A stretch of DNA of 64,000 nt from Nannocystales bacterium (GTDB lineage Bacteria > Myxococcota_A > Polyangia > Nannocystales > Nannocystaceae). Both the position numbers and the translations under genes were made by a program. Position 1 is the stretch's first letter. The number at the start of each line of letters is the position of its first letter. The notes beneath the pieces were generated by a model that searched no databases, was not told the origin of the DNA, and saw only the letters and a program-made list of their open reading frames with translations. The DNA is taken from positions 96,001 to 160,000 of the forward strand of contig JBOEGF010000004.1 of assembly GCA_050633305.1 (NCBI GenBank), written 5' to 3'. This document shows, one piece after another, positions 1 to 10,971 of the stretch.

Positions 1-314
1 CAGGCGAGGCTGCCGATGGAGCTGGGGTCGCCCAACGCAGTCAGAGCGCACATGACCGCGGCGTCCGACGCCTGGTCGAGCGTGCACGTTCCCGTCCCAA
101 GCACGCCGCTGCCGCAATCCGCCTCGATGCTCGGGCACAGTTGGGTCTGGTCGCACGCCACGACCCCGGGTTCGGGGAAGCAACAACACGGGTCGGGGTC
201 TTCGCCGTGCCCCTCGCAGCCGGGTCCGTCCGTGTCCGCAGGGGAGCTGTCATCGTTGCACCCCGGCGCAAGCGCTGTGAGCAGCGCGAGCATCAACCAT
301 TGCGTGCCTCGCAT
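1..314 (-). CDS. Cys-rich lipoprotein (partial; runs off the left edge)
   Basis: Manual translation from ATG at 314 gives MRGTQWLMLALLTALAPGC|NDDSSPADTDGPGCEGHGEDPDPCCCFP..., a lipobox-like LAPGC. The frame stays open to position 1. It is missing from the ORF track because there is no stop inside the window. Confidence 0.7.
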   Translation of the reverse strand, partial: MRGTQWLMLALLTALAPGCNDDSSPADTDGPGCEGHGEDPDPCCCFPEPGVVACDQTQLCPSIEADCGSGVLGTGTCTLDQASDAAVMCALTALGDPSSIGSLA

Positions 315-351
315 GGTGCTCAGCGTACCACCGGGCTTCAAACGACGCGGG

Positions 352-1446
352 TCACTTCACCCGGCGCTGGATCCACGCATCGGTGGCCCGGGCCTCGAGG
401 TGCTCGGGTGTGCCGATGAGGAACAGCGCGGGCAATCCCTCACGCTCCGCAAGTTCGAGACCGCGCTGCGGGCCGAGCACATTGAGCGCGGTCGCGAGGG
501 CATCCGCCTCCGCACAGGTATCCGCGACGACGCTCACGGAGGCGAGGTCGTGCGTGACCGGGCGCCCGGTGGTGGGATCGATCGTGTGCGAGTACCGGGT
601 GCCGTCCACGACCGTGAAGTTTCGGTAGTCGCCCGAGGTCGCCATCGCGCGGTCCTCGAGTTCGATGACTTCGAAGATCGCGCGCTCGGTGGTGCTTGGT
701 TTCTCCACCGCCAACCGCCATGGGCGGCCGGCCTCGGTCTTTCCGGCGACTCGAACCTCGCCACCAACCTCGACCAGGAAGTCTTCCCACCCGGCCTCTT
801 GCAGTGCGGCGGCGGCCTGATCGACTCCGTAGCCTTTGGCGATGGCGCTGAGATCCACTTGAAGGGCTTCGGCGTCCTTGCGCAGGGTCGAGGCTTGCGC
901 GTCGAAGGTGAGGTGGGTGTGCCCGAGACGACTTCGAAGCGCGTCCACATCCGCCTGGCTCGGGACGACGGTCAGCTCGCCCTTCGCCCCGAATCCCCAC
1001 CGCTCGACCAACGGGCCGACGGTGACGTCGAAGGCGCCCTGGCTGCGGGTGTGGACGTCGAAGGCCACAGACAGCACATCGGCGAGGGCGCCCGAGATCG
1101 GGACATCCTGCGCCCCTGGACCGGCGTTGAACCGGGAGAGTTCGCTGTCCGGCTTGTAGGTCGACATCGACGTGTCGACAGCGTCCAGCGCCTGCTTGAC
1201 CGCGGCTGCGATGGCGGCTTCCGAGGCATCGGACTGCTGCTCTCGGGTCTTCGCGACGACCTTGACGGTGTAGGTCGTGCCCATGACCTCACCGCGGACC
1301 ATGACGATGCGCGGCGGGGTGGGGGCAAAGTACAGCCGCCAGATCGTCAGCCCGATCAGGACGAGGAGGGCACCCACCAAGAAAACGGGCCGCCGTTTGA
1401 GGGGGCGGCCCGAGTCTTGGGGAGGCGTGGTCGGTGTGTCAGCCAC
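352..1446 (-). CDS. apbE: FAD:protein FMN transferase (ApbE), N-terminal TM anchor
   Basis: Motifs [47 protein letters not shown] and ADALATA. Lies directly after nqrF. Confidence 0.95.
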   Translation of the reverse strand: MADTPTTPPQDSGRPLKRRPVFLVGALLVLIGLTIWRLYFAPTPPRIVMVRGEVMGTTYTVKVVAKTREQQSDASEAAIAAAVKQALDAVDTSMSTYKPDSELSRFNAGPGAQDVPISGALADVLSVAFDVHTRSQGAFDVTVGPLVERWGFGAKGELTVVPSQADVDALRSRLGHTHLTFDAQASTLRKDAEALQVDLSAIAKGYGVDQAAAALQEAGWEDFLVEVGGEVRVAGKTEAGRPWRLAVEKPSTTERAIFEVIELEDRAMATSGDYRNFTVVDGTRYSHTIDPTTGRPVTHDLASVSVVADTCAEADALATALNVLGPQRGLELAEREGLPALFLIGTPEHLEARATDAWIQRRVK

Positions 1447-2665
1447 CGAAATCGTCGAGGGCGATGTTCTCGGGCTCGACGCCGAGGTCCAGAAGCATGT
1501 TGATGACCGCCTGGTTCATCATCGGAGGACCGCACATGTAGTACTCCGCATCCTCGGGGGCTTCGTGGTCCTTGAGGTAGTTGTCATACAGGACCTGGTG
1601 GATGAAGCCTTCGTAGCCTTCCCACTTGTCCTCGGGAAGCGCGTCCGAGAGGGCGAGGTGCCACTTGAAGTTCTCGAAGTCGTTCGCGATCTCGTCGAAC
1701 TCCTCGGAGTAGAACGCCTCGCGCAGGGACCGAGCGCCATACCAGAAGCTGACCTTGCGGTCGGTCTTGAGGCGGCGGAACTGGTCGAAGATGTGCGAAC
1801 GCATCGGCGCCATGCCGGCACCACCGCCCACGAAGACCATCTCCTTGTCGGTCTCCTTGGCGAAGAACTCGCCGAACGGACCGGAGATGGTGACCTCGTC
1901 CCCTTCCTTCAGGTTGAAGATGTACGAGGACATGATGCCCGGAGGAATGCCTTCGGGTCCGCGCGGAGGGGGGCTGGCGATCCGGACGTTGAGCATGATG
2001 ATGCCCTTCTCGTCGGGGTAGTTCGCCATCGAGTACGCGCGCTCGACGGTCTCGTCCACCTTGGAGACGTAGCGCCACATGTTGAAGCGGTCCCAGTCGC
2101 CTCGGTACTCCTCGCCGATGTCGAAGTCCTTGTAGTTGGCGACGTGCGGGGGGCACTCGATCTGAATGTAGCCACCGGCGCGGAACGGAACCTCTTCGCC
2201 TTCAGGCAGCCCGAGCTTGAGCTCCTTGATGAAGGTCGCGACGTTGTCGTTGGAAATCACTTTGCATTTCCACTTCTTGACGCTGAAGATCTCAGGCTCG
2301 ATCTCCACCTTCATGTCCTGCTTCACCTTGACCTGGCAGGACAGGCGGCAGCCGTCGCGGGCTTCGCCACGCGAGAAGTGGACCTCTTCGGTGGGCAGCA
2401 TCGAGCCGCCGCCGTCCTTGACGTGCACGGTGCACACGCCGCAGGAGCCCTTGCCGCCACATGCGGAGGGAATGAAGATTTTCTCCGCTGCGAGTGCCCC
2501 GAGCAGGGTTCCACCTGCCGGGATGCTGATGTCTTTCTCGCCGTTGATGTTGATGGTGACCGCGGCGGTGTTCACCAGCCGTGAGCGTGCAGCCATGAGC
2601 ACGCCGACGAGGCCGACGATCACGACCGTGAACATCACGACACCGAGGATGATTGTCATATCCAT
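1439..2665 (-). CDS. nqrF: Na+-translocating NADH:quinone reductase subunit F
   Basis: 2Fe-2S motif [12 protein letters not shown]...RLSCQ, plus [22 protein letters not shown] and C-terminal DDFGG. Confidence 0.98.
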   Translation of the reverse strand: MDMTIILGVVMFTVVIVGLVGVLMAARSRLVNTAAVTININGEKDISIPAGGTLLGALAAEKIFIPSACGGKGSCGVCTVHVKDGGGSMLPTEEVHFSRGEARDGCRLSCQVKVKQDMKVEIEPEIFSVKKWKCKVISNDNVATFIKELKLGLPEGEEVPFRAGGYIQIECPPHVANYKDFDIGEEYRGDWDRFNMWRYVSKVDETVERAYSMANYPDEKGIIMLNVRIASPPPRGPEGIPPGIMSSYIFNLKEGDEVTISGPFGEFFAKETDKEMVFVGGGAGMAPMRSHIFDQFRRLKTDRKVSFWYGARSLREAFYSEEFDEIANDFENFKWHLALSDALPEDKWEGYEGFIHQVLYDNYLKDHEAPEDAEYYMCGPPMMNQAVINMLLDLGVEPENIALDDFGG

Positions 2666-2683
2666 CTTCGCTTGGTTCCTTTC

Positions 2684-3298
2684 CTAGAGCTGGATGCCCG
2701 AGAACGCCATGAAGCCGATGGCCATCAGACCGGTGAGGATGAAGGCCATGCCCAGGCCGCGTAGGCCGGTGGGCACGTTGCTGTAGCGCATCTTCTCGCG
2801 AAGAGCCGCCATGGCGACCACGGCGAGCGCCCAGCCGATGCCGTTGCCGATCCCGAAGACGGTGGACTCGGCGAAGTTGTAGTCGCGCTCGACCATGAAC
2901 AGCGACGCTCCGAGGATGGCGCAGTTCACCGCGATGAGCGGAAGGAAGACCCCGAGCGCGTTGTAGAGCGCTGGGGAGAACTTATCGAGGGCCATCTCCA
3001 CCACCTGGACCGTGGCAGCGATGCTGCCGATGAAGGTCAAGAAGGTGAGGAACTCGAGGTTCACATCGGCCAGGTCGGCGCTGATCCAGGTGAGCGCGCC
3101 TTCCTTGAGCAGGCCGTTGTAGATGAGGTTGTTGATCGGCGTGGTGACGGCCAACACGAAGATTACGGCGCCGCCGAGGCCGATAGCCGTCTCGACTTTC
3201 TTCGAGACGGCAAGGAACGAACACATGCCCAGGAAGAACGCCAGGGCCATGTTCTCGACGAAGATGGTCTTCGCCAGAATGCTGAGATAGTGCTCCAT
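2684..3298 (-). CDS. nqrE: Na+-NQR subunit E
   Basis: MEHYLS...[23 protein letters not shown] and C-terminal FSGIQL. Confidence 0.97.
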   Translation of the reverse strand: MEHYLSILAKTIFVENMALAFFLGMCSFLAVSKKVETAIGLGGAVIFVLAVTTPINNLIYNGLLKEGALTWISADLADVNLEFLTFLTFIGSIAATVQVVEMALDKFSPALYNALGVFLPLIAVNCAILGASLFMVERDYNFAESTVFGIGNGIGWALAVVAMAALREKMRYSNVPTGLRGLGMAFILTGLMAIGFMAFSGIQL

Positions 3299-3311
3299 CG
3301 ATAGGGCTCCT

Positions 3312-3932
3312 CTACTCTGCCTCGACCTGGTCGGTCTTGAAGGTCCGCAGCACCCAAATGAAGATGCCGATGAGAATGAACGCGGAGGGCGCCAGGACCA
3401 TCAGTCCGTTGGTCTGGTACCAGCCGCCCTCGGTGGTGGGCTGGAGCAGCTGCAGGCCGAAGAACGATCCGGACCCGAAGACTTCTCGGAAGGCGCCGAC
3501 GACCAGCAGGATGAGCGAGTAGCCCAGCCCGTTGCCGATGCCGTCGAGGATGCTGTCCTTGACGTTGTTCTGCATCGCGAACGCTTCGGCGCGTCCCATG
3601 ACGATGCAGTTGGTGATGATGAGGCCGACGAAGACCGACATCTGCTTGCTGATCTCGAAGAGGTAGGCCTTGAGGACCTGGTCGACGATGATCACCAGCG
3701 AGGCGATGATGGTCAGCTGGACGATGATCCGGATGCTCGGCGGGATGCGGTTGCGAAGGGCCGAGATGGCCGCGTTCGAGAACATGAGCACCACCGTGAC
3801 GGCGATGGACATGACGACCGCAGTCTCCATCTTGGTGGTGACCGCGAGCGCAGAGCAGACCCCGAGCACTTGAAGTGCGATCGGGTTCTCGTTGAAGAGG
3901 GGATCGAGAACGATTTTGGACGGTTTGGCCAT
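3312..3932 (-). CDS. nqrD: Na+-NQR subunit D
   Basis: [17 protein letters not shown] and [18 protein letters not shown]. Confidence 0.97.
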   Translation of the reverse strand: MAKPSKIVLDPLFNENPIALQVLGVCSALAVTTKMETAVVMSIAVTVVLMFSNAAISALRNRIPPSIRIIVQLTIIASLVIIVDQVLKAYLFEISKQMSVFVGLIITNCIVMGRAEAFAMQNNVKDSILDGIGNGLGYSLILLVVGAFREVFGSGSFFGLQLLQPTTEGGWYQTNGLMVLAPSAFILIGIFIWVLRTFKTDQVEAE

Positions 3933-3944
3933 GTCGCTTGCTCC

Positions 3945-4727
3945 CTATTTCTTCGCGCCGGAGCGCACCTTCTCGAGGTAGGGGCCGAACGCTTCTTTGC
4001 CGAGCCAGAACTGCACGAGGTGCGAGACACCCCGGCTGGTGATGGTCGCGCCGGAGAGGCCGTCGACGCGGTAGGGGTCTTCGGCGACCGGGCCCGCTTG
4101 ACCCTTGATGACCGAGAGTTTGACCTCGCCCTTGTCGTCGAACACCTTGCGGCCGGGCCACAGGGCTTTCCACTTCGGGTTGTCGACCTCGCCGCCGAGA
4201 CCCGGGGTCTCTGCGTGGCTGTAGAACGTCAGCCCTGCGACGGTGGTGGTGTCGGGACTCAGGGCGACGAAGCCCTTGAGTGTGGACCACAGTCCTTTGC
4301 CCTGGACCGGGAGGATGATGGCGCCGATCCCCCCATCGGGGTTCTTGAGCTCGTAGACCTTGGCTTGCTTGGGCAGCCGCTGGACCTTGGCGTCGTTGGC
4401 GGGAGCATCGATGCTCGTCGCCGGGTCGTCCATGGCGTCTTGTGTGTCGAAGCTCTTTGCGTCGACGTCCTCGACGTATTCGCCGGTCGCCAGATCGACG
4501 ACCCGCGGCACGAGGTTCTCCTCGAAGCGTTTCGTGACCTCGGCGGCCTGGATGGCTTCGCCTTCTTTGACGAGTCCGGCGACCTTGAGGACCTGGGTCT
4601 GCTTGTCGACGACGGCGTTGAGGTCTTGCTTGTCTTTGAGCGCGACCGCCGAGCCGGCGACGAAGATCGAACAGAAAACGCAGACCGCGCCTGCGAAGCC
4701 GATGATGTAGCCGTTACTGAACGCCAT
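3945..4727 (-). CDS. nqrC: Na+-NQR subunit C
   Basis: GKGLWS, ETPGLGGEV and the FMN attachment motif VDGLSGATITS. Confidence 0.97.
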   Translation of the reverse strand: MAFSNGYIIGFAGAVCVFCSIFVAGSAVALKDKQDLNAVVDKQTQVLKVAGLVKEGEAIQAAEVTKRFEENLVPRVVDLATGEYVEDVDAKSFDTQDAMDDPATSIDAPANDAKVQRLPKQAKVYELKNPDGGIGAIILPVQGKGLWSTLKGFVALSPDTTTVAGLTFYSHAETPGLGGEVDNPKWKALWPGRKVFDDKGEVKLSVIKGQAGPVAEDPYRVDGLSGATITSRGVSHLVQFWLGKEAFGPYLEKVRSGAKK

Positions 4728-5940
4728 AACGAGCCTGCCTCCGTTTGATGTTGGCCTGAACGAAGAAGTGGTCGATGAGGGGCGCGAAGATGTTCATGAA
4801 CAGGATCGCGAGCATCATTCCCTCGGGGTAGGCCGGGTTCACGACGCGGATCAGGATGACCATGACGCCGATGCCGAAGCCGTAGATGAGCTTGCCGCGT
4901 TCGGTGAACGCAGAGCTGACGGGGTCGGTGGCCATGAAGACCGTGCCGAAGGCCCAGCCGCCGAGGACCACGTGGAAGTGCCACGGGACCGCGAACATGG
5001 GGTTGGTCTCGGAGCCGACCCAGTTGAGCAGGCCTGCCATGGCGACCGTACCGACGAAGACGCCGACCATGGTTCGCCAAGACCCGATCTGGGTGAAGAT
5101 GAGGATGCCTGCGCCGAGCAGGGCACACAGCGCTGAGGTCTCTCCCATGGAGCCGGGGACGAGGCCGAAGAAGCCGTTCCACCACACTTCGTTGGTCAGC
5201 GTGTCCAGGCCGCTCTCGGCCGCGCGAGCCAAGTAGGTGGCGCCGGAGTAGCCGTCGGCTGCGAGGTTGTCGGCCGCGATCCAGACCTGGTCACCCGAGA
5301 TTTGGGCCGGGTAGGCGAAGAACAGGAACGCACGACCGGTGAGTGCCGGGTTGAGCACGTTCATGCCCACGCCGCCGAAGACCTCTTTCCCGATCACCAC
5401 GCCGAACGCGATGCCCAGGGCGACCTGCCACAGCGGGATGGTCGGGGGGAGCGTGAGCGGGAACAGCAGCGAGGTGACGAGGAAGCCCTCTGTGATCTCG
5501 TGCTTGCGGACGATGGCGAAGGTCGCCTCGATGATTCCGCCGACCGCGAGCCCGGTGACGTAGACCGGGATGAAGTAGATGGCTCCGTGGATGACGCACC
5601 CGATGGTGTCGGTCGAATCCGCGGTCATCCGCAACATGTCGTAGAAGATGATGTCCTGCCACGTGTCCAGGCGCGTCGCTGCCCCTTCGACGGCGAGCGC
5701 GGCCTGATACCCGGTGTTGTACAGGGCCCACAGGACGCACGGAATGAGCGCCGCGACGACCGTGAGCATCAACCGCTTGAGGTCGAGGCCATCTCGGACA
5801 TGCGAGGAACCCTTCGCCCGGTCCAGGGGCGAGAAGTGGATTGTGTCGGCAGCCTCGTACAGCGGGTAGAGCGACTCAAACTCGCCCCCCTTGCTGAACG
5901 TCGGCTCCAGCCGATCCAGAAATTTTCGGAGGAATTCCAT
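4714..5940 (-). CDS. nqrB: Na+-NQR subunit B
   Basis: HVRDGLDLKRLM, GKEVFGG, FMN motif DGYSGAT, GETS, FMATDP and YPEGMMLAIL. Start moved to the ATG at 5940, which overlaps the nqrA stop. Confidence 0.96.
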   Translation of the reverse strand: MEFLRKFLDRLEPTFSKGGEFESLYPLYEAADTIHFSPLDRAKGSSHVRDGLDLKRLMLTVVAALIPCVLWALYNTGYQAALAVEGAATRLDTWQDIIFYDMLRMTADSTDTIGCVIHGAIYFIPVYVTGLAVGGIIEATFAIVRKHEITEGFLVTSLLFPLTLPPTIPLWQVALGIAFGVVIGKEVFGGVGMNVLNPALTGRAFLFFAYPAQISGDQVWIAADNLAADGYSGATYLARAAESGLDTLTNEVWWNGFFGLVPGSMGETSALCALLGAGILIFTQIGSWRTMVGVFVGTVAMAGLLNWVGSETNPMFAVPWHFHVVLGGWAFGTVFMATDPVSSAFTERGKLIYGFGIGVMVILIRVVNPAYPEGMMLAILFMNIFAPLIDHFFVQANIKRRQARYGVQ

Positions 5941-7340
5941 CAGCCTTCCTTCTCGATGATCGTCAGCGTGTCTCTCAACGCGGTGGTGTAGTCGTTCTTG
6001 CACGGGCAGACGAAGCTGCAGAGCGCGAGGTCCTCTTCATCGAGTTCCAGTGCGCCGAGCTTCTCTGCGAAAACCGTGTCGTGCACAAGGAGTGCACGCA
6101 GGAGGTGGGTGGCCATGACGTCGATCGGGATGACCCGTTCGTACATGCCGATCGGCACCATCGCGCGATGGCTGCCGTTGGCCGAGGCGTCCATGGCGAA
6201 CTTCCGCGGCGCGACCTGATGCATGATGGTGCCGACGAAGGCTCGGACCGTGGAGAACACGCCGAACCCGGGCATCACCATGCGCATGAACTCGCGCTCG
6301 TGTGGCTCGGCCAGCGCGCTGACCTGCTGGTGGTAGCGGCCGAGGTAGCCGTGGAGCTCTCCTTGAGCATCGCGGCCGTGAAGGATGGAGCCGGACAGGA
6401 TTCGGCTGTCGCCCTCGGGTTTGAGCAGCTCGCGACCTGCGGTGAGGTCGTCGATCGAAGCGCCCAGCCGGGTGCGGACGAGACGAGGCCGGTCCACCAA
6501 GGGTCCCGCGAGGGAGACGGTTCGCTCGACGGGGAGCGTCCCGGTGCGGAAGAGCTCTCCGATTGCGATGACGTCCTGATAGCCGACGTGCCACACCGTC
6601 TTGTCGCGGAACACCGGGTCCAAGGTGTGGATGTGAACACCGACGGTGCCGGCCGGGTGGGGCCCGCTGAACTCCTCGAGCGTGACGTCCTTCGCGTCCC
6701 CAGCATCGACAGCCGTGCCGGCCATCTTGCACAGGTACGTCTTGCCCTCGGTGAGCTTGGCGACCGCCTCCAACCCTCGGTGGAAGTCCTTCTCGCGGCC
6801 AGCCATGACGACGTCGACATCCGGCGAGAGCGGGTGCGTGTCCGAGGCGGTCACGAACAGCGAATGCGGAGCGTCATCGCCCGGGGACGGGGTGCGGGAG
6901 AAGGGACGGGTTCGCAGCGCGGTCCACATCCCGGATTCGACCAGCAGGGCGACGATTTCGTCGCGTCCAAGCTTGCCGGGGTCCGCTCCGGTGTGGGCCT
7001 CGAACGACTGCATCTCGTCGTCGCGGGACTCCCCGGCCACCTCCGCGTCGGTCAGCTTGATGACGACCGACTGCAGCGCCCGTCGTTCGCCCCGGTTGAC
7101 CGCAGTGACGGTGCCAGCGCCAGGAGCCGTGAAGCGAACCCCAGCGGTCTTCCGGTCTTCGAACAGCAGCTGTCCACGCCTGACGACGTCCCCGACCTTG
7201 ACGGCCATCGCCGGTCGCATGCCGATGTAGTCCGCGGCGATGACGGCGACGGAGCCCACCGCACGACCTTCATGGATCTCTTGCCGCGGCTCGCCCGTGA
7301 TCGGCAGATCGAGGCCGAGCTTGATTTTGTGCGCGCCCAT
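5940..7340 (-). CDS. nqrA: Na+-NQR subunit A
   Basis: KIKLGLDLPITG, GPHPAG and C-terminal LELDEEDLALCSFVCPCK...IEKEG. Confidence 0.97.
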   Translation of the reverse strand: MGAHKIKLGLDLPITGEPRQEIHEGRAVGSVAVIAADYIGMRPAMAVKVGDVVRRGQLLFEDRKTAGVRFTAPGAGTVTAVNRGERRALQSVVIKLTDAEVAGESRDDEMQSFEAHTGADPGKLGRDEIVALLVESGMWTALRTRPFSRTPSPGDDAPHSLFVTASDTHPLSPDVDVVMAGREKDFHRGLEAVAKLTEGKTYLCKMAGTAVDAGDAKDVTLEEFSGPHPAGTVGVHIHTLDPVFRDKTVWHVGYQDVIAIGELFRTGTLPVERTVSLAGPLVDRPRLVRTRLGASIDDLTAGRELLKPEGDSRILSGSILHGRDAQGELHGYLGRYHQQVSALAEPHEREFMRMVMPGFGVFSTVRAFVGTIMHQVAPRKFAMDASANGSHRAMVPIGMYERVIPIDVMATHLLRALLVHDTVFAEKLGALELDEEDLALCSFVCPCKNDYTTALRDTLTIIEKEG

Positions 7341-7664
7341 GTGTGACGCCGTTCTAGGGGGTCCTCGCCTAGATGGAAAGACCCTTCCAGCCGTCGCTTG
7401 CGCCGTTGTGATGCCCCTGGCTCAGATTGGACCTGGCCCGGAGCGGAGGGATCCGCGGCCCAGTGCGGGACTGCCGCGAGGCTCAAAACCGGCAAGGACC
7501 CCAGAATCAGCCGTTGTCGGCGAGTTCTGCAGTCCTTGCGGCATCCGCGCTCTCGCGCCGCCCAGGCGCGCGGGGAGAGGGAGCGGGCCGACGATGGGAA
7601 GACGCTCACATTCGGCGCAAACTGTGCGCGCTGGTCGATCTCCTCGTGGGCCGGTTGTCGCGGC

Positions 7665-8222
7665 TCAAGCCGCCGCTGCGTAGCCGAAGCCGGCCGCATA
7701 TTCGGTCAGTGTCCCACGCATCAGCTTCCGCGCGCGGTGCAGGCGCGACATGACCGTCCCCAGCGGAATGCCGAGTTCCTCCGAGGCGTCTTTGTACGGG
7801 AGGCCGCCGAGGTCGACGAGCTCCACAACCTCGCGGTAGTGGGTGGGGAGGGCCTCCAGTGCCGCGACGACCTCGTCCGAGAGGTCGTGCCGATGCCACG
7901 TGGACTCGGGCGCGTCGGCTTCCTCCATGCGACGACGGTCGAAGAGGTGTTCGGCGATGTCCGGGCGGGCGGCGGTGCTCTGCACGACGCGTTGGTGGCG
8001 GTGACGAGAGACGAAGGCGTTGTAGAGGATGCGCGAGAGATAGGCGCCCAGGCTGCCGCCTCGGTCGAAGGACGACCAGTTCGCCCAAGCCCGAGTCAGG
8101 GCCTCCTGCACCAGGTCCGAGGATTCGCTGGGCTGATGGGTCAGCCGCAAGCCCAGCCGGTAGAGGCGGGGAAGGTGGGGCAGCGCGAGGTCGGAGAACT
8201 GTCGGGCGGCAAGAGCGGTCAT
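7665..8222 (-). CDS. ECF sigma-70 factor (SigR/SigH-like)
   Basis: Region 2 DLVQEAL...YLSRILYN and region 4 GLPYKDASEELGIPLGTVMSRLHRARK. Confidence 0.92.
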   Translation of the reverse strand: MTALAARQFSDLALPHLPRLYRLGLRLTHQPSESSDLVQEALTRAWANWSSFDRGGSLGAYLSRILYNAFVSRHRHQRVVQSTAARPDIAEHLFDRRRMEEADAPESTWHRHDLSDEVVAALEALPTHYREVVELVDLGGLPYKDASEELGIPLGTVMSRLHRARKLMRGTLTEYAAGFGYAAAA

Positions 8223-8380
8223 GCCCGTCTAGAGAGCAAGGACGCGACCAACGACGATTCTCCCCTGATTCCAGGATATTGCGAGGGCTGGCGGCCCCGC
8301 TGCCTTCCGAAAGACATCGGTATTGCGACGAAGGATGCAAAAAGTAGCCGATGGGTGCGTGGTGCAAATCGAAACGACTC

Positions 8381-10231
8381 TTATTGTGGCGTTTCGATGC
8401 TCGCGCGGATCCCCCACAGGCCTGGACGCGTCCCTAGGACGACGACGGGATTCTGCGGGACACCTGCGCGTTGTGGCTCCGCCAAGAGCCACAAGGTCGG
8501 TGAGGCCCAGGGGGTCGGCCCGACGGGCTCGAAGACGAACTCGGCCCGGCCGCCCCGATCGTCCTTGGCGGCGGCACGCACGTGTACATCGGGGTCGACC
8601 ACTGCCAGGTGTCGGCGCCGCTGACCCCAGGATGCGGGGGCTTCGTCGGCGACCGTCAACGCCGACACGGCGGCGGCGCGGGCGACGGCTGCGGGATCGA
8701 GCATGAGGAGCGCGGTGTGCTGCGGGGAGGTGTCGCGCGCAGCCCATGCCGTGCAGGCCCGTAGTCTCGCCGAGTCCGCGGCCAGGAGCGTCTCGAAGGC
8801 TGAGGTCGCGACGGCTTCCGCACGCTTCCCCTGTGCGCGACCCAGCGCGAGGGCGGCCGCACATCGGTCTGTCTCGGACAACGTTCGGTCCAAGGCCCAC
8901 TGTGCCAAGCGGGCCCAGGGGACGAGCACGTCGTCGCGGAAGGCGACCCGGGTCGGCAGCGCTGCGAGTGCGAACACCCAAGAGCGTGCGGCCTCGGAGG
9001 GCCCGTGTGCGATGCCGGCGCGTGCGCGCTCGACCAGCCATGGGGGATGGGCGCGGCCGAGCGCGGCAGCGGCTCGCAGCCGATCCAGCGGCGGACCGAT
9101 GAGGAGCCGCTCGGCCCACGCCTGCTCATCCTCGTCCGGTGGCCATGGTGTCGGCACGGGTGCGTCGGCATCCATCGGTGCTGATGCCTGAAGCAAACGT
9201 CGGACCTCGGTGTCGAGGCGAGGGCCGAGGCCGCGGTCGAGCGCCTTTCGCAGCTGAGGTGCGGCGGCTTCCCCCAGCCAGAGCAGTGCGCGTCGGGCAG
9301 CCGGTTCCACACCTGTGTCCCGCAACCGATCGACCAACCCATCGATCAGCGCGGGCTCTGGGTGCGCACGGTCGCCGATCGCTTCGGCGACCGTCAACGC
9401 ACCCACGCCGGGCGGGGGAGCATCGAGAAAGCCCAGCAGGGTGTCGACGACATCCGCACTCGGAACGCGGGCCAGTGCGCCCAGCATCGCCCGCGTGACG
9501 TTGCCTTCGTTCTGGCCCTCGATCGCGCGCTCCAGCGCGGCCCGGGCCTTGGGGTCGCCCAGTCGTCCCAGCGCCACCGCTGCTGCCGCGCGAACATCCG
9601 GCTCCGGATCCTCCAACAGCCGAGCGATGGCCAGCGTGCCGTCCCCAGGTCCTTGCAGTCCCAAGGAGGTGACCGCGCGTTCGCGGACGGAGGACGCGCT
9701 GTCCGAGAGCTTCGACAGCAACGCGCGGCGGGTTCGGACCAACGCGTCACCGCGCACGGGGGCCCAACCGGCGAGCTGGGCGGCTTCGGCACGGATGGTG
9801 TTCGATGGATCGAGCATGGCCTCGAGCAAGATGTCGAGACGTTTGCCGCCGGGGTCGGTCGCGAGCACCCGCAGCGCTGGCGCCTGCAGAGTGGGGTTCT
9901 TGCCGTCGCGGTACAGCTCGGTCGCCGGGTCGAGGCAGACGGCAGCGCGGCGCAGGTAGCAGATCCTCAGCGCTTCACGAACGACCTGGATGGATGTGTC
10001 CTCGGTCAGCGCGAACACCAGAGCATCCTCGATGAGCGGGGTCGGATAGCGCTGCAGTCGAATCAGGGCGGCGACGCGATCACGATCGTGGTTGGCGTAG
10101 TCTTCATCCAGGAGCGCTGCTGCATCCCGATCGACCGCGCTCGGCCAACTCGGCCAACGCGCGGGGGCGGCGTGAGCCGAGCACGGAAGGGCGAGGGAGA
10201 GCAGCAGCGTGAGGCGGCCAGCGACGCGCAC
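8381..10231 (-). CDS. Exported HEAT/PBS-lyase repeat protein
   Basis: Signal-like LLLSLALPCSAHA and repeated LxDxxxxVRxxAxxALG units. The start is uncertain; GTG at 10231 was chosen to avoid overlapping the divergent gene. Confidence 0.75.
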   Translation of the reverse strand: MRVAGRLTLLLSLALPCSAHAAPARWPSWPSAVDRDAAALLDEDYANHDRDRVAALIRLQRYPTPLIEDALVFALTEDTSIQVVREALRICYLRRAAVCLDPATELYRDGKNPTLQAPALRVLATDPGGKRLDILLEAMLDPSNTIRAEAAQLAGWAPVRGDALVRTRRALLSKLSDSASSVRERAVTSLGLQGPGDGTLAIARLLEDPEPDVRAAAAVALGRLGDPKARAALERAIEGQNEGNVTRAMLGALARVPSADVVDTLLGFLDAPPPGVGALTVAEAIGDRAHPEPALIDGLVDRLRDTGVEPAARRALLWLGEAAAPQLRKALDRGLGPRLDTEVRRLLQASAPMDADAPVPTPWPPDEDEQAWAERLLIGPPLDRLRAAAALGRAHPPWLVERARAGIAHGPSEAARSWVFALAALPTRVAFRDDVLVPWARLAQWALDRTLSETDRCAAALALGRAQGKRAEAVATSAFETLLAADSARLRACTAWAARDTSPQHTALLMLDPAAVARAAAVSALTVADEAPASWGQRRRHLAVVDPDVHVRAAAKDDRGGRAEFVFEPVGPTPWASPTLWLLAEPQRAGVPQNPVVVLGTRPGLWGIRASIETPQ

Positions 10232-10256
10232 CGCCGAACGGTACCATCGGCGCACC

Positions 10257-10910
10257 ATGGCGCGAACGCTCCGGTTCAGCTTCGACTTCATCTCTCCGTA
10301 CGCCTATCTGGCCTGGGCTCGGCTTCACGACTTCGCGGCCCGCCACCGCCTGGACCTGGAGCTCGAGCCAGTGTTGTTCGCCGGGCTGCTCAACGCGTGG
10401 GGGCACAAGGGGCCGGCGGAGATTCCGCCCAAGCGCACCTATACGTTCAAGCACGTCGTCCGACTCGCCGCGGACCAAGGTGTGCCGTTGCGTCCACCGC
10501 CTGCGCACCCCTTCAACCCCTTGCTCGGGTTGCGCTTGGCCGCGCTCGACCTCCCGCAGATACAGCGGCGGACGATCATCGACGTCCTCTTCGCGCGGGT
10601 CTGGGCGATGGGCGTGGGGATCACAGATGCGGACGCCGTGGCGAAGGCGTTGTCCGGGGCGGGCCTCGAGGGTCCGGCGCTGGTCGAGGCTGCCGGTTCT
10701 GCGTCGAACAAAGCCCGCCTGAAGACCTTCACCGACGGCGCGCTGCAGCGCGGTGTGTTTGGGGTTCCGAGCTACGAGATCGACGGAGAGCTCTTCTGGG
10801 GCCAGGACAGCATCCCGCACATCGAGCGGTTCTTGCGGGGAGAGGACCCCGCGGGCCCCGAGGTCGTGGCGCAATGGGAGAAGCTTCCCGCGCAGGCTCG
10901 GCGTCCCTAG
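10257..10910 (+). CDS. 2-hydroxychromene-2-carboxylate isomerase / kappa-GST (DsbA-like) family
   Basis: FDFISPYAYL and GVFGVPSY...ELFWGQD. Confidence 0.9.
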   Translation: MARTLRFSFDFISPYAYLAWARLHDFAARHRLDLELEPVLFAGLLNAWGHKGPAEIPPKRTYTFKHVVRLAADQGVPLRPPPAHPFNPLLGLRLAALDLPQIQRRTIIDVLFARVWAMGVGITDADAVAKALSGAGLEGPALVEAAGSASNKARLKTFTDGALQRGVFGVPSYEIDGELFWGQDSIPHIERFLRGEDPAGPEVVAQWEKLPAQARRP

Positions 10911-10971
10911 GGACGCCCACGAGCGTTCGCTGAACTCCGCGAACGTCTGGACGATGGCGCGTGCGGTCCGT

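Noticed and set aside
16..2584. Long plus-strand ORFs antisense to apbE/nqrF (and similar shadow ORFs across the window, e.g. 21073-23001, 41783-43348, 62052-63959)
   Set aside because: These are typical antisense shadows of high-GC coding genes with no recognisable motifs.
7341..7664. Riboswitch or sRNA in the nqrA leader
   Set aside because: I could not identify a conserved aptamer by eye. An Rfam/Infernal search is needed.
8249..8273. Autoregulatory SigR-type promoter GGAAT...GTTG upstream of the ECF gene
   Set aside because: The spacer is 15 nt, shorter than the usual 17-19 nt, so it is not supportable without data.
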